Shown: positions 36,907 through 46,193 of the stretch, piece after piece | Layout: the number at the start of each line of letters is the position of its first letter | Numbering within the stretch: the first letter of the stretch is position 1 | Source: an uncultured Acidimicrobiales bacterium | GTDB taxonomy: Bacteria > Actinomycetota > Acidimicrobiia > Acidimicrobiales > AC-14 | DNA: 64,000 nucleotides | Direction of reading: 5' to 3' | Assembly (NCBI GenBank): GCA_964479465.1 | Contig: CAYZMG010000003.1 | Location: 56,812-120,811 of the forward strand | Program-made: the position numbers and the translations under genes | Notes under the pieces: generated by a model | Told to the model about the DNA's origin: nothing | What the model saw: the letters and a program-made list of their open reading frames with translations, nothing else | Database searches by the model: none

Positions 36907-37494
36907 ATGCTTCGGCGGCTTCCTGTCCTGGTCGCACTGGTGGCGACCTTGGTGTTCGGGACGGGGATCGCTACTGCTTTGGTCCGCTCGGGTGATGACG
37001 CATCGGCGCCGGCCCCCACTACCACCACCACCTCCACCGCGATCGAGGCGCCGACCACCACAGTTCTCGCGCCCACGACCGCGGCTCCTCGCACGACCGT
37101 GGCCCGGGTCACCACCACCACCCGGCGGGTGACCACGACCCGCCCGCCGGCCACGACCACCCTCCCCGTGACGACGACGACTACCAGGCCGGCGCTCACG
37201 CGCGCCGCGGCGACCCAGGCCCTGTGCAGTGACATCGAGACGGCGGTCCGTCAGGTGGTGGGCGGCAACGTCCTCGGGGGCGGCCTCCGCTTGGTGCGAG
37301 CCCTCAACACCTACGGGGATGCCGCCGATCCCTCCGTCGTGTCCCCCGCGCGACGGATGGCGTCTGCCGGCGTCAACGGCGACCTCGAAACCAGCGCAGT
37401 CGCCACTCAGGAGGCCGCCGCCGCGTGCAACCGGCTCGGTTTCACCGTGACCCTCCCGGGCGGTATGCAGTGCGTCACCACGCCCTGCCCATGA
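36907..37494 (+). CDS. secreted Thr/Pro-rich hypothetical protein
   Basis: In ORF 36856..37494(+), ATG 36907 (MLRRLPVLVALVATLVFGTG signal/TM). A long poly-Thr linker is followed by a Cys-containing C-terminal domain. Confidence 0.55.
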   Translation: MLRRLPVLVALVATLVFGTGIATALVRSGDDASAPAPTTTTTSTAIEAPTTTVLAPTTAAPRTTVARVTTTTRRVTTTRPPATTTLPVTTTTTRPALTRAAATQALCSDIETAVRQVVGGNVLGGGLRLVRALNTYGDAADPSVVSPARRMASAGVNGDLETSAVATQEAAAACNRLGFTVTLPGGMQCVTTPCP

Positions 37495-37512
37495 GCGGGA
37501 GAACGGTGGGGT

Positions 37513-38241
37513 TCAGAGCTTCGAGATGAGCTTGAAGCGCTCGGCGTAGGCAATGCCGTCCGCCTCGCCGGCCTCGGCGTGGCGCCGGCGGATCTTGTCC
37601 CGGAAGCGCTCGGCCTGCTCGGCCGACGACGGGTCGTCGATGTCCATCGTCGTGCGGTACTGGCTGCGGTGCTCGAGCAGGGCAGCCAGCTTGGCGTCGA
37701 GGCCGGCGCCGATGTCCTCGACGTGGTCGTACTCGTCGGCCTCCCACAACAGCAGGTGCGACGGCCGGTGCGGCGCCTCGCCCTGCTCGGGGAAGAAGTG
37801 GGGGTCCCGCGCCGCCACGATGCCCTCGACCGCGAGCTGGCCGGCGTGGTGATGATCAGGGTGGAGGCGGTAGCGCTTCCACGGGTCGTGGCCCAGCACC
37901 ACGTCGGGCTTCAGCCGGCGGATCCAGAAGCAGACGTCGGCGCGCTGGCGCAGGCCCGACTCCAGCTCGCCGTCTCGCCAGCCCAGGAACACCACGTCGC
38001 CCGTGCCCCCCAAAGCCACCGAGGCGGCCCGCTGCTCGACCTGGCGGCTGGCCACCAGGGTGGCGAGGTCGTCCTCCGGATCCCAGGAGCCCTTGGAGCC
38101 GTCGGTGCAGATGAGGTGGGAGATCGCGCAGCCCGCCGCTGCCCACTTGGCCAGCGTGCCGCCACAGCCGAACTCGACGTCGTCGGGATGGGCGCCGATG
38201 GCCAGGGCCCGGGCCGGCGCCGGCAGGTCGCGCGAACCCAT
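37513..38241 (-). CDS. PIG-L family deacetylase (MshB/Mca-like)
   Basis: C-terminal part of ORF 37513..39180(-), from ATG 38241, which overlaps the upstream stop. Carries AIGAHPDDVEFGCGG and HPDHHHAG. Confidence 0.8.
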   Translation of the reverse strand: MGSRDLPAPARALAIGAHPDDVEFGCGGTLAKWAAAGCAISHLICTDGSKGSWDPEDDLATLVASRQVEQRAASVALGGTGDVVFLGWRDGELESGLRQRADVCFWIRRLKPDVVLGHDPWKRYRLHPDHHHAGQLAVEGIVAARDPHFFPEQGEAPHRPSHLLLWEADEYDHVEDIGAGLDAKLAALLEHRSQYRTTMDIDDPSSAEQAERFRDKIRRRHAEAGEADGIAYAERFKLISKL

Positions 38242-38825
38242 CAGGCGAGTGCCCGGAAGGCCAGCAGGTCGGCGGGCAGGTCGACGTCGTGCGACAAGGA
38301 CGGCTCGCGTACGACCCGCAACGGCAGCCCGAGCCGAAGGGCCTCGGCGCCGTGACGGGCGAAGGACCCGGGGCCGTAGGAGAAGGTGAAGCCGGCGTCG
38401 CCCGGCACGCAGATCACGTTGGTCCCGTTGTCGTACTGGTCGGGAACGAGCGTCACGCCGGCGAATCGGGCCACCCACGCCAGATGGCCGGCTCGGGGCA
38501 GGTCGGCGTGGGCCACGACCACCCGCCGGGCGCCGCCGGCGGCCAGGCGGGCCACGCCGGCCTCGACCGCCCGGTTCAGCCCCCGCTCCGGCTCCCACAC
38601 GACGAGGGCGCCGAGGTCCCGGGCCCACTCGGCGACCTCCGCGTCGTCGCACACCACCGCGGTGGGCAGCGGCGCGGCCGATGTCACCACGTGGGTGGCC
38701 ATGGCCCGCGCCAGTTCCGCCCGGTGGGCGGGGTCGAGAGCCGGCGCCAGTCGGAGCTTGGCCTCGCTGAAAGTCTTGACCGGGACCAGCACTGCCACCG
38801 GCCCGAAGGAGGCGAGCGCGCTCAA
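38241..38825 (-). CDS. cofC: 2-phospho-L-lactate (or phosphoenolpyruvate) guanylyltransferase CofC/FbiD (F420 biosynthesis)
   Basis: ORF 38241..38825(-). Carries VLVPVKTFSEAKLRL, AHADLP and PDQYDNGTN. Confidence 0.75.
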   Translation of the reverse strand: MSALASFGPVAVLVPVKTFSEAKLRLAPALDPAHRAELARAMATHVVTSAAPLPTAVVCDDAEVAEWARDLGALVVWEPERGLNRAVEAGVARLAAGGARRVVVAHADLPRAGHLAWVARFAGVTLVPDQYDNGTNVICVPGDAGFTFSYGPGSFARHGAEALRLGLPLRVVREPSLSHDVDLPADLLAFRALA

Positions 38826-39127
38826 AGAACTTCGAGGACCTTCGACACCGGCTCCTGGCGCAGCAGCTGCCGCACCCGCACCAGCGCCTCGCGCACCTCG
38901 TGCGACGCGATGGCGGTCGCCATCTCGTCGAGGGATGACCAGCGCGAGATTGCGGTCCCCTCGACGAGGCCGCCGGCGTTGGGCGCCACGGTGACGGCCA
39001 GCTCGATGCCGAGGCAGCCCGATGCGCGAGCGAAAACCGGTACCACGTCGTCGATGAAGAGCCGCTTGACCTCCGCCACGTCGGCCGGGGCGACGGCGCT
39101 CTGGTACAGCCGCAGGAACTCAGCCAT
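38822..39127 (-). CDS. small hypothetical protein (possibly ABM/Dabb-like fold)
   Basis: ORF 38822..39127(-). It has a 4-nt overlap with cofC and coding-like composition. The fold guess is weak. Confidence 0.45.
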   Translation of the reverse strand: MAEFLRLYQSAVAPADVAEVKRLFIDDVVPVFARASGCLGIELAVTVAPNAGGLVEGTAISRWSSLDEMATAIASHEVREALVRVRQLLRQEPVSKVLEVL

Positions 39128-39142
39128 CGGACCACTCCGCCA

Positions 39143-40003
39143 TCACGGCCTCCAGGTGCTCTTGGTGAACATGGCGGCAAGCTCGGGGTTGCTGGAAAGG
39201 GCCATGCGCCGGCGGTCGAGCACGCCCGCCAGGCGCTCGCCGGTGCCCGGGTACTTCAGCGTGACCCGCACTTCGTCGGGGGTGACCTCCAGCACGTTGT
39301 ACGACGGCCGGGTGTAGCCGCGCACCCGGTGGGAGGAGACGGTGCCGGAGTTCACCAGGAGCACATGGTCGAGCAGCCAGACGTGGGGCACGTGCTTGTG
39401 TCCGGACAGGACCATGTCGACCTTCAGCTCGGCCAGCAGGGCGAGCACGTCGCCGGCATCCCACACGGTGTTGCGCTCCCGGCCGGTCCCGGGGACGGGG
39501 ACCAGGTGGTGGTGGAGCACGAACACCTTGAAGTCGGCCTCGGCCGCGAACTGGTCGCGTATCCAGCGATAACGCTCGCGGCCGACCTCGCCCTCGGCCA
39601 GGTCGGGCTTGGAGGAGTCGATGGCGACGATCTGGACCCGGAGCGGGTGCTCGGTGCCGTTGCGGGGAGGAAGGGTGAGGGAGATGACCCGATCGCCCTT
39701 CTCGGACACGTCGCCGACACCGAAAGTGTCCCGGAAGTGGAGGTAGCCGACGTTCTTGGAGTCGTGGTTCCCGGGGATGACGAGCATGGTGAAGCCGGCG
39801 GCGAACAGGGGCTCGAGGAACTGCTGGGCCTGGCGGAACTCGCCGGCGTAGCCCTCGGCGGTGAGGTCGCCGCCGATGACGACGAGGTCGGGGTTGAGCC
39901 CGATGGTCTCCTTGACCGCCGTCTCCAGCAGGCCGGCGTCGAAGAAGGGCGAGCCGCAGTGGAGATCGGAGAGCTGGGCGACGACGAACGCTTCGCGTGC
40001 CAT
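39143..40003 (-). CDS. metallophosphoesterase
   Basis: In ORF 39143..40198(-), ATG 40003 (MAREAFVVAQLSDLHCG…GGDLT…IPGNHD…LHHH…SGHKH). Confidence 0.8.
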   Translation of the reverse strand: MAREAFVVAQLSDLHCGSPFFDAGLLETAVKETIGLNPDLVVIGGDLTAEGYAGEFRQAQQFLEPLFAAGFTMLVIPGNHDSKNVGYLHFRDTFGVGDVSEKGDRVISLTLPPRNGTEHPLRVQIVAIDSSKPDLAEGEVGRERYRWIRDQFAAEADFKVFVLHHHLVPVPGTGRERNTVWDAGDVLALLAELKVDMVLSGHKHVPHVWLLDHVLLVNSGTVSSHRVRGYTRPSYNVLEVTPDEVRVTLKYPGTGERLAGVLDRRRMALSSNPELAAMFTKSTWRP

Positions 40004-40061
40004 GGGTGCACGAAGTCTAAGGGACACGATCGACGCGACCCCGCAGGTAGGGTCCTCACCG

Positions 40062-41066
40062 ATGACGCGGAAGGTGTGCGTGCTGGGGGCGGGCTCTTGG
40101 GGCACCGCCATGGCGGCCATGTGCGCGCTCCGTGCCCCGACCGTGCTGTGGGCCCGCCGGCCCGAACTGGCCGACGCCATGCAGCGCGACCGCCGCAACG
40201 CCGGCTACCTGCCCGAGCTCGCCTTCCCCGCCGGCCTCCGGGCGACGGCGTCACTGGTCGACGCGGTGGATGGGGCCGGCGTGGTGGTGATGGCGGTCCC
40301 TTCGCATGGGTTCCGCGCCGTGCTCGGCGACGCCTCGCCCCACCTCGCCGCCGGCGTTCCGGTCGTGAGCCTGACCAAGGGCGTGGAGCAGGGAACGCTC
40401 GCCCGCATGACCGAGGTCATCACCGCGGTGGTGCCGGCGCACCCGTACGCGGTGCTGACCGGTCCCAACTTGGTCGGCGAGATCGTCGCCGGCTACCCGA
40501 CGGCCAGCGTGGTGGCGGCCACCGATGCCGGCCTGGCCGGCGAGCTCCAGGAGTTGTTCAGTACCGGTTCGTTCCGGGTCTACACCAACCCCGACGTGGT
40601 GGGTTGCGAGCTGGGCGGGGCGCTGAAGAACGTGGTCGCCATCGCCGCCGGCGTGTCGGACGGGCTTGGCCTCGGTGACAACACCCGGGCCGCCCTCATC
40701 ACCCGGGGCGTGGCCGAGCTGACCCGCCTCGGCGTCGCCCTGGGAGGTCAACCCCTGACCTTCGGTGGGCTGACCGGCATGGGCGACCTCGTAGCCACCT
40801 GCATCAGCCGGCGCAGCCGGAACCGCTGGGTGGGCGAGGAGCTGGCCCGGGGCCGCCCGCTGGCCGAGATCGTCGCCGGCACCCGGATGGTGGCCGAGGG
40901 GGTGCGGACGTCGGCCGCCGTGGTCGAGCTGGCCGCCCGGGTCGGCGTGGAGATGCCGATCGCCGACCAGGTCGTCGCCGTGCTCGACGGGATCACGCCG
41001 GCGGCGGAGGTCGTCGCCGCCCTCATGGGCCGGATGATGAAACCGGAGCTCCACGGGCTGGGCTGA
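40062..41066 (+). CDS. gpsA: NAD(P)H-dependent glycerol-3-phosphate dehydrogenase
   Basis: In ORF 39861..41066(+), ATG 40062 (MTRKVCVLGAGSWGTAMA…GALKNVVAIAAG…). Confidence 0.9.
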   Translation: MTRKVCVLGAGSWGTAMAAMCALRAPTVLWARRPELADAMQRDRRNAGYLPELAFPAGLRATASLVDAVDGAGVVVMAVPSHGFRAVLGDASPHLAAGVPVVSLTKGVEQGTLARMTEVITAVVPAHPYAVLTGPNLVGEIVAGYPTASVVAATDAGLAGELQELFSTGSFRVYTNPDVVGCELGGALKNVVAIAAGVSDGLGLGDNTRAALITRGVAELTRLGVALGGQPLTFGGLTGMGDLVATCISRRSRNRWVGEELARGRPLAEIVAGTRMVAEGVRTSAAVVELAARVGVEMPIADQVVAVLDGITPAAEVVAALMGRMMKPELHGLG

Positions 41067-41166
41067 ATCTCGCAGGCGGTTCTCAGCCTGCACCCAGGTG
41101 GGCGAGTGATCCTGCCTCCATGCCGCCGAGCCGTCTACCCGCCGTCGCCGTCGTACTCTTGGCAGA

Positions 41167-42207
41167 ATGACCGACCACGCCGCCGTCGCCGCGAACGCCG
41201 CTCACCTCGAGCAGGCCCTGTTCGAGGTCAAGAAGGTCATCGTCGGCCAGGATCAGGTGATCGAGCGCCTGGTGGCCTGTCTGCTGGCCCGGGGCCACTG
41301 CCTGCTCGAAGGGGTGCCCGGCCTGGCCAAGACGCTGGCCGTGGAGACCCTGGCCGAGGTGGTGGGCGGTACGTTCGTGCGCCTCCAGTTCACCCCCGAC
41401 CTCATCCCGTCCGACCTCACCGGCACCCGCATCTACCGGCAGTCCAGCGAGACCTTCGACGTCCAGCTCGGCCCCATCTTCGCCAACTTCGTCCTCGCGG
41501 ATGAGATCAACCGGGCCCCGGCCAAGGTCCAGTCCGCCCTCCTCGAGGTCATGTCCGAGCGCCAGGTGTCCCTGGGCGGGCAGACGTTCAAGGTGCCCAA
41601 TCCGTTCCTGGTCCTCGCCACCCAGAACCCGATCGAGTCCGAGGGCGTCTACCCGCTCCCCGAGGCCCAGCGCGACCGGTTCCTCATGAAGATCATGGTC
41701 AACTACCCGGACCGCAACGAGGAGGTGGAGATCGTCCAGCGGATGGCCGTGAACCCTCCGCACGCCAACCGGGTGCTCTCCCTCGACGACCTGGTGACGC
41801 TGCAGGCCGCAGCCGACTCGGTCTTCGCCCACAGAGCCGTCGTCGACTACGCGGTCCGCATCGTGCACGCCACCCGCGCCCCGGCCGAGCACGGGCTGGG
41901 CGACATCGTCGGCATGATCGACTACGGCGCCAGCCCGCGGGCCAGCCTGGGTCTCGTGGCCGGCGCCCGGGCCCTCGCCCTGCTGCGGGGGCGGGACTAC
42001 GTGCTGCCCCAGGACATCGTCGACGTGGCGCCCGACGTGCTGCGCCACCGGCTGGTCCTGTCCTATGAGGCGCTGGCCGACGGCGTCTCGATCGACAACC
42101 TGGTGACCAAAGTCCTCGGCACCGTGCCGGCGCCCCGGCTGGCGCCAAGCCAGGACACCACCGCCATCGACGGGGTCGACGTGCCCGGCGTGGCCAGTAC
42201 GGCGTGA
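41167..42207 (+). CDS. MoxR-family AAA+ ATPase
   Basis: ORF 41167..42207(+). Carries LLEGVPGLAKT, ADEINRAPAKVQSALLEVM and VLATQNP. Confidence 0.9.
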   Translation: MTDHAAVAANAAHLEQALFEVKKVIVGQDQVIERLVACLLARGHCLLEGVPGLAKTLAVETLAEVVGGTFVRLQFTPDLIPSDLTGTRIYRQSSETFDVQLGPIFANFVLADEINRAPAKVQSALLEVMSERQVSLGGQTFKVPNPFLVLATQNPIESEGVYPLPEAQRDRFLMKIMVNYPDRNEEVEIVQRMAVNPPHANRVLSLDDLVTLQAAADSVFAHRAVVDYAVRIVHATRAPAEHGLGDIVGMIDYGASPRASLGLVAGARALALLRGRDYVLPQDIVDVAPDVLRHRLVLSYEALADGVSIDNLVTKVLGTVPAPRLAPSQDTTAIDGVDVPGVASTA

Positions 42208-43142
42208 AGGTCCTGCCCGCGACGGGCGAAGGTCTCAGCGACCGCCGGCCCGAGGAGGTTCTGCGCCGGCTCCAGCTCACCATCACCCGCCGGCTCGACG
42301 GGCTGCTCCAGGGCGACTACCAGGCGCTGCTGCCCGGACTGGGCAGCGAGCCCGGCGACAGCCGGGAGTACCAGGAGGGCGACGACGTCCGCCGCATGGA
42401 CTGGGCGGTGACGGCCCGGACGACGGTGCCCCACGTGCGCGACCCGGTCGCCGACCGGGAGCTGGAGTCGTGGGCCATCGTCGACTGCTCGGCCAGCATG
42501 GACTTCGGCACCGGCAACTGCGAGAAGCGCGACCTGGCGCTGGCCGCGGTGGCCGCCATCGGGTTCATGACGACTCGCACCGGGAACCGCTTCGGCGCCC
42601 TCTTGGTGAAGCCCGACGGCATCACCCGCATCCCCTCCCGCCCCGGCCAGCAACCGCTCATGGCCTTGCTCCACAAGCTCGCCATCCGCGAGCGCGTCGA
42701 CGGTAGCGGGTCCACCGATTTGGGCGCCGCCATCGTGAGCCACATGGTGGCCCGCCGGCGGCGGGGTCTGGCCGTCGTGGTGTCGGACTTCCTGTCGCCC
42801 CCCGGCTGGGAGCGGCCCCTCACCGGCCTCTGTGCCCGCCACCAGGTGCTGGCAGTGGAGGTCATCGACCGGCGGGAGCTGGAGCTGCCCAACGTCGGCT
42901 ACCTCACCCTGGTGGACCCCGAGACGGGCCGGCGCATGGAACTGCAGACCGCGAAGGCCAGCATCCGGCAGCGCTACGCCGAGGCCGCCGCGGCCCAGCG
43001 GGCCGAGATCGCCGCTGCCATCCGCCGCGCCGGCGCCCAGCACCTTGTCCTGCGCACCGACCAGGACTGGCTGCGCGACATCGTCGACTTCGTCCTGTCC
43101 GCCCGCCGGCACCGTGGTGCCCTGCAGAGAGTCAACCGATGA
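42204..43142 (+). CDS. DUF58 domain protein (MoxR partner)
   Basis: ORF 42204..43142(+). It has a 4-nt overlap with moxR. Carries SREYQEGDDVRRMDW, typical of DUF58. Confidence 0.85.
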   Translation: MKVLPATGEGLSDRRPEEVLRRLQLTITRRLDGLLQGDYQALLPGLGSEPGDSREYQEGDDVRRMDWAVTARTTVPHVRDPVADRELESWAIVDCSASMDFGTGNCEKRDLALAAVAAIGFMTTRTGNRFGALLVKPDGITRIPSRPGQQPLMALLHKLAIRERVDGSGSTDLGAAIVSHMVARRRRGLAVVVSDFLSPPGWERPLTGLCARHQVLAVEVIDRRELELPNVGYLTLVDPETGRRMELQTAKASIRQRYAEAAAAQRAEIAAAIRRAGAQHLVLRTDQDWLRDIVDFVLSARRHRGALQRVNR

Positions 43143-43218
43143 TCCTCGTCCTTCGCCTGTCGGCCCGCCGCCACCGAGGCGCCCTCCAGCACGTCAGCCG
43201 ATGATCTTCGCCCTCACC
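43095..43218 (+). repeat. diverged tandem duplication (2 x 62 bp, about three quarters identical by hand alignment) of the DUF58-stop/VWA-start junction, creating a 21-codon ORF (43139..43204)
   Basis: The segment CTGTCCGCCCGCCGGCACCGTGG…CCGATGATCCTCGTCC aligns with CTGTCGGCCCGCCGCCACCGAGG…CCGATGATCTTCGCCC. The mini-ORF MILVLRLSARRHRGALQHVSR has ATGA overlaps at both ends. Confidence 0.7.
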
Positions 43219-44160
43219 TTCCTCTCCCGCGGCCGGTTGTGGTTCCTGCTCCTCGTCGCCGCCCTCATCGCCGCCTACGTGATGATGCAGATGCGGCGCA
43301 AGGAGTACGCGGTCCGGTTCACCAATCTGGCCCTCCTCGACTCCATCGCCCCGAAGCGCCCCACCTGGCGCAAGCACATCCCCGCCACTGCCTTCATCCT
43401 GGCCATGATCGCCCTGGTCACCGCGTTCGCCCAGCCGGCACGCCCGGTCAAGGTGCCGCGCGAGCGGGCGACCGTTGTGATGGCGATCGACGTGTCGCTG
43501 TCGATGGAGGCCACCGATGTCGAGCCCAACCGTCTCCTCGCCGCCCAGGAGGCGGCCAAGTCCTTCGTCGACCTGGTCCCCGCCCGCCTGAACCTCGGCC
43601 TGGTGGCGTTCTCCGGCGTGGCCCAGGTGCTCGTGTCTCCGACCACCGACCACGGCCTGCTCAAGCGCAGCATCGACAACCTCATCCTCGGCCCGCGCAC
43701 CGCGGTGGGGGAGGCCATCTTCGCCAGCCTCGGTAGCATCGCCTCGGTGGCGTCGGAGCCGGGCCAGCCGCTGCCCCCTGGGCGCATCGTGCTGATGTCC
43801 GACGGCGAGACCACCGTCGGTCGGGCCAACGAGATGGCCATCCAGGCCGCCACCGACGCCCAGGTCCAGATCTCCACCATCGCCTTCGGCACCGACGACG
43901 GCACCGTCTTCGTCGAGGGCCGCAGCATCCCTGTGCCGGTGAACCGTGAGGCCCTGGGTGCCATCGCCGAGGCCACCGGCGGCCGGGCCTTCGAGGCCGC
44001 CACCGGCCGCGAGCTGCGCCGGGTCTACGCCGACATCGGTAGCTCCATCGGTTACCGCACCGAGGAGCGCGAGGTCACCTCCTGGCTGGTCGGGCTGGCG
44101 CTGGCCTTCGCCCTGGCCGCCGCCGCCGGCTCCCTGCTGTGGAGCTCCCGCCTGCCCTAA
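43201..44160 (+). CDS. von Willebrand factor A domain membrane protein (BatA-like)
   Basis: In ORF 42832..44160(+), ATG 43201. It has N- and C-terminal TM helices. MIDAS region is VMAIDVSLSM. Confidence 0.85.
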   Translation: MIFALTFLSRGRLWFLLLVAALIAAYVMMQMRRKEYAVRFTNLALLDSIAPKRPTWRKHIPATAFILAMIALVTAFAQPARPVKVPRERATVVMAIDVSLSMEATDVEPNRLLAAQEAAKSFVDLVPARLNLGLVAFSGVAQVLVSPTTDHGLLKRSIDNLILGPRTAVGEAIFASLGSIASVASEPGQPLPPGRIVLMSDGETTVGRANEMAIQAATDAQVQISTIAFGTDDGTVFVEGRSIPVPVNREALGAIAEATGGRAFEAATGRELRRVYADIGSSIGYRTEEREVTSWLVGLALAFALAAAAGSLLWSSRLP

Positions 44161-44170
44161 CCCCTCTGCG

Positions 44171-44216
44171 AACTGGCTGCACTGACGGTCGTATACGACC
44201 GCCAGTGCAGCCAGTT
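44171..44216. repeat. palindromic intergenic repeat, copy 2 (REP-like)
   Basis: AACTGGCTGCACTGACGGTCGTA|TACGACCGCCAGTGCAGCCAGTT is a 46-bp palindrome with one arm mismatch. It lies between the VWA gene and rpiB. Confidence 0.9.
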
Positions 44217-44236
44217 GGCGAAGGCGGGCGGTACCG

Positions 44237-44659
44237 TTGGCTCCGATGAGGGTGGCCTTCGGGACCGACGAGCGCACGCCCCTGGCCGAGGACATCGTCG
44301 CCGCCCTTTCCGCCGCCGGCCACGAGGTGGTGCTCCGGATCGAGGACGAGCCGTGGCCCGATGTGGGCCGGCGGGTGGGGGAGGCGGTTGCCGCCGGCGA
44401 GGCCGACCGGGGCGTGGTCTGCTGCTGGACCGGCACGGGCGTGTCGATCGCCGCGAACAAGGTTGCCGGCGTGCGGGCCGCCCTGTGCACCGACGCCGAG
44501 ACGGCCCGGGGCGCCCGGCGCTGGAACGACGCCAACGTGCTGGCGATGGGCCTGCGGCTGACGACGCCGGCGACGGCTGTGGAGATGCTGGAATTGTTCT
44601 TCGCCACCGAGCCCGATGCTGACGAGGCAACGAACATAAGCAAGCTCACCGATGGGTAA
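44237..44659 (+). CDS. rpiB: ribose-5-phosphate isomerase B (RpiB/LacAB family)
   Basis: ORF 44237..44659(+). The likely start is ATG 44246 (MRVAFGTDE…CCWTGTGVSIAANK…NDANVLAMG). Confidence 0.85.
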   Translation: MAPMRVAFGTDERTPLAEDIVAALSAAGHEVVLRIEDEPWPDVGRRVGEAVAAGEADRGVVCCWTGTGVSIAANKVAGVRAALCTDAETARGARRWNDANVLAMGLRLTTPATAVEMLELFFATEPDADEATNISKLTDG

Positions 44660-45389
44660 GAACTTGAAGGGGCCGGTCCTGCAAGCTGGGGAGTCCGCGC
44701 GGCGCGAGCGGGCGCCCGGGCCGGCCCCCCACTACGTCCCCTCCCTGGCCCGGGAGCGGGCGCTCTGGGACGAGGGCTACGACGTGGTGGTCGGGGTCGA
44801 CGAGGTCGGGCGGGGCTCGTGGGCAGGGCCCATTTCCGTCGGTGCCGCGGTGCTGCCCCGTGACCGCCGGGTCTACCGGGTACGCGATTCCAAGATGCTG
44901 ACCGAGGACGAGCGTGAGCGGCTCTTCCCCCGGCTCACCGCCTGGTGCGCGGCCTGGTCCGTCGGCCACGCCAGCCAGCAGGAGTGTGACGACCTTGGCA
45001 TGTCGGCGGCCCAGAAGCTGGCCGCCCGGCGGGCCATCGACGGTCTGGGCGTGACGCCTGACGCCCTGCTCATCGACGGCCTGTGGGACTTCGTCGGCGG
45101 GATCCCGAAGGTCACCCGCATCGTGAAGGGTGACGCCAAGTGCCTCACCATCGCCACTGCGTCGATCCTGGCCAAGGTCACCCGCGACCGCATCATGCGG
45201 GCCGAGGCCGAGCACTTCCCGGCCTATGACTTCGACCTCAACAAGGGCTACCCCTGCCCCCGCCACAAGGCCGCCCTGGCGGCTTGGGGCCCCTCGTCGA
45301 TCCACCGGCGGGCCTGGGTGTTCATGGACCACCAGCCCTGGGACGGCGTGCAGCGTCTGGTCCGGGATCTGCAGCCCGCCCTATGGTGA
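44652..45389 (+). CDS. rnhB: ribonuclease HII
   Basis: ORF 44652..45389(+). Carries VGVDEVGRGSWAGP, DSKMLTE and KGYP. Confidence 0.9.
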   Translation: MGKNLKGPVLQAGESARRERAPGPAPHYVPSLARERALWDEGYDVVVGVDEVGRGSWAGPISVGAAVLPRDRRVYRVRDSKMLTEDERERLFPRLTAWCAAWSVGHASQQECDDLGMSAAQKLAARRAIDGLGVTPDALLIDGLWDFVGGIPKVTRIVKGDAKCLTIATASILAKVTRDRIMRAEAEHFPAYDFDLNKGYPCPRHKAALAAWGPSSIHRRAWVFMDHQPWDGVQRLVRDLQPALW

Positions 45390-45393
45390 CAAC

Positions 45394-45618
45394 GTGAGTA
45401 GGACCGACGCTTTGATTTTGCGCACCGCGGCGGCATGGACGATCTTCATCTGGGTGACCCGGATGCGGAACATCCTGGGCGACGAGACGACGTCCTCTGG
45501 CTTCAAGGCCGTCCACGCCGTGCTGGCCCTGGTGTCGGTGGCCTTCGCCATCGCCATCCTGGCCGTGGCGTCGAGGAACCGCAGACGAGCACGCGACAAA
45601 ACCGCCACGCCCTCGTAG
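45394..45618 (+). CDS. small two-TM membrane protein
   Basis: Frame of ORF 45130..45618(+), from GTG 45394 (VSRTDALILRTAAAWTIFIWVTRM…AVHAVLALVSVAFAIAILAV). Confidence 0.55.
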   Translation: MSRTDALILRTAAAWTIFIWVTRMRNILGDETTSSGFKAVHAVLALVSVAFAIAILAVASRNRRRARDKTATPS

Positions 45619-45659
45619 GCCACATCACCAGCGCCGGCTTCGCCTCCGGCGACCGGTTC

Positions 45660-46193
45660 GTGGTCGGAACGTGGCGGGAGTCGCCCCTGGGCCGCCTCGA
45701 CGACCTCATGTGGGCCCGGCCCGACGGCCGGCGGCTGCTGCTGGCGGGGACGCAGGAGGCGGCTGACTACGTCTCGGCCGCCTACGGGTTCGACGAGGTG
45801 GTCGTCGGGCCCCTGCGTGTCGATCTCCAGGGCCGCTTCCTGCACCTGCACGCCCCGGAGCGGGGGCTGGAGCTGCACCTGACCGGGGGCTTCGGCGTCG
45901 GCGTCCCGTGGCCGCGGCCGGCGTGGTTCACCCGGTGGGTCGAGGGCCCGGTCGCCCGCCGGCTGATGGGCGTCAACACCTACGGCGTGAGCCCGACGGG
46001 GGTGCGGGAATGGTACCGGGCGGTGTCGATCCGGCGGGTGGTCGCAGGGTGGGCGTCGGTCGACGGCGCCGACCTGGGCCGGCTGGGGCCGATCGACCCG
46101 AAGACCGGGTTCGGGTTCAGCGAGCCGCCGAGGTTCCCGTCGATGGTGGGGGTTCATCCATTGCTGGAATGGCCACATCCAACGCCAGCGTGA
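45660..46193 (+). CDS. hypothetical protein (start unresolved)
   Basis: Frame of ORF 45435..46193(+). Protein-like sequence begins around …GHITSAGFASGDRFVVGTW. The only in-frame starts there are GTG 45660 or the far-upstream ATG 45435, which would overlap the small membrane ORF. The 3' end overlaps the convergent gene by ~76 nt. Confidence 0.4.
   Translation: MVGTWRESPLGRLDDLMWARPDGRRLLLAGTQEAADYVSAAYGFDEVVVGPLRVDLQGRFLHLHAPERGLELHLTGGFGVGVPWPRPAWFTRWVEGPVARRLMGVNTYGVSPTGVREWYRAVSIRRVVAGWASVDGADLGRLGPIDPKTGFGFSEPPRFPSMVGVHPLLEWPHPTPA

Noticed and set aside
37513-39180. 555-aa ORF as a single gene
   Set aside because: Only the last 242 codons (from ATG 38241) show PIG-L motifs. The upstream part is an alternative frame across cofC and the small ORF, both of which have their own coherent frames.
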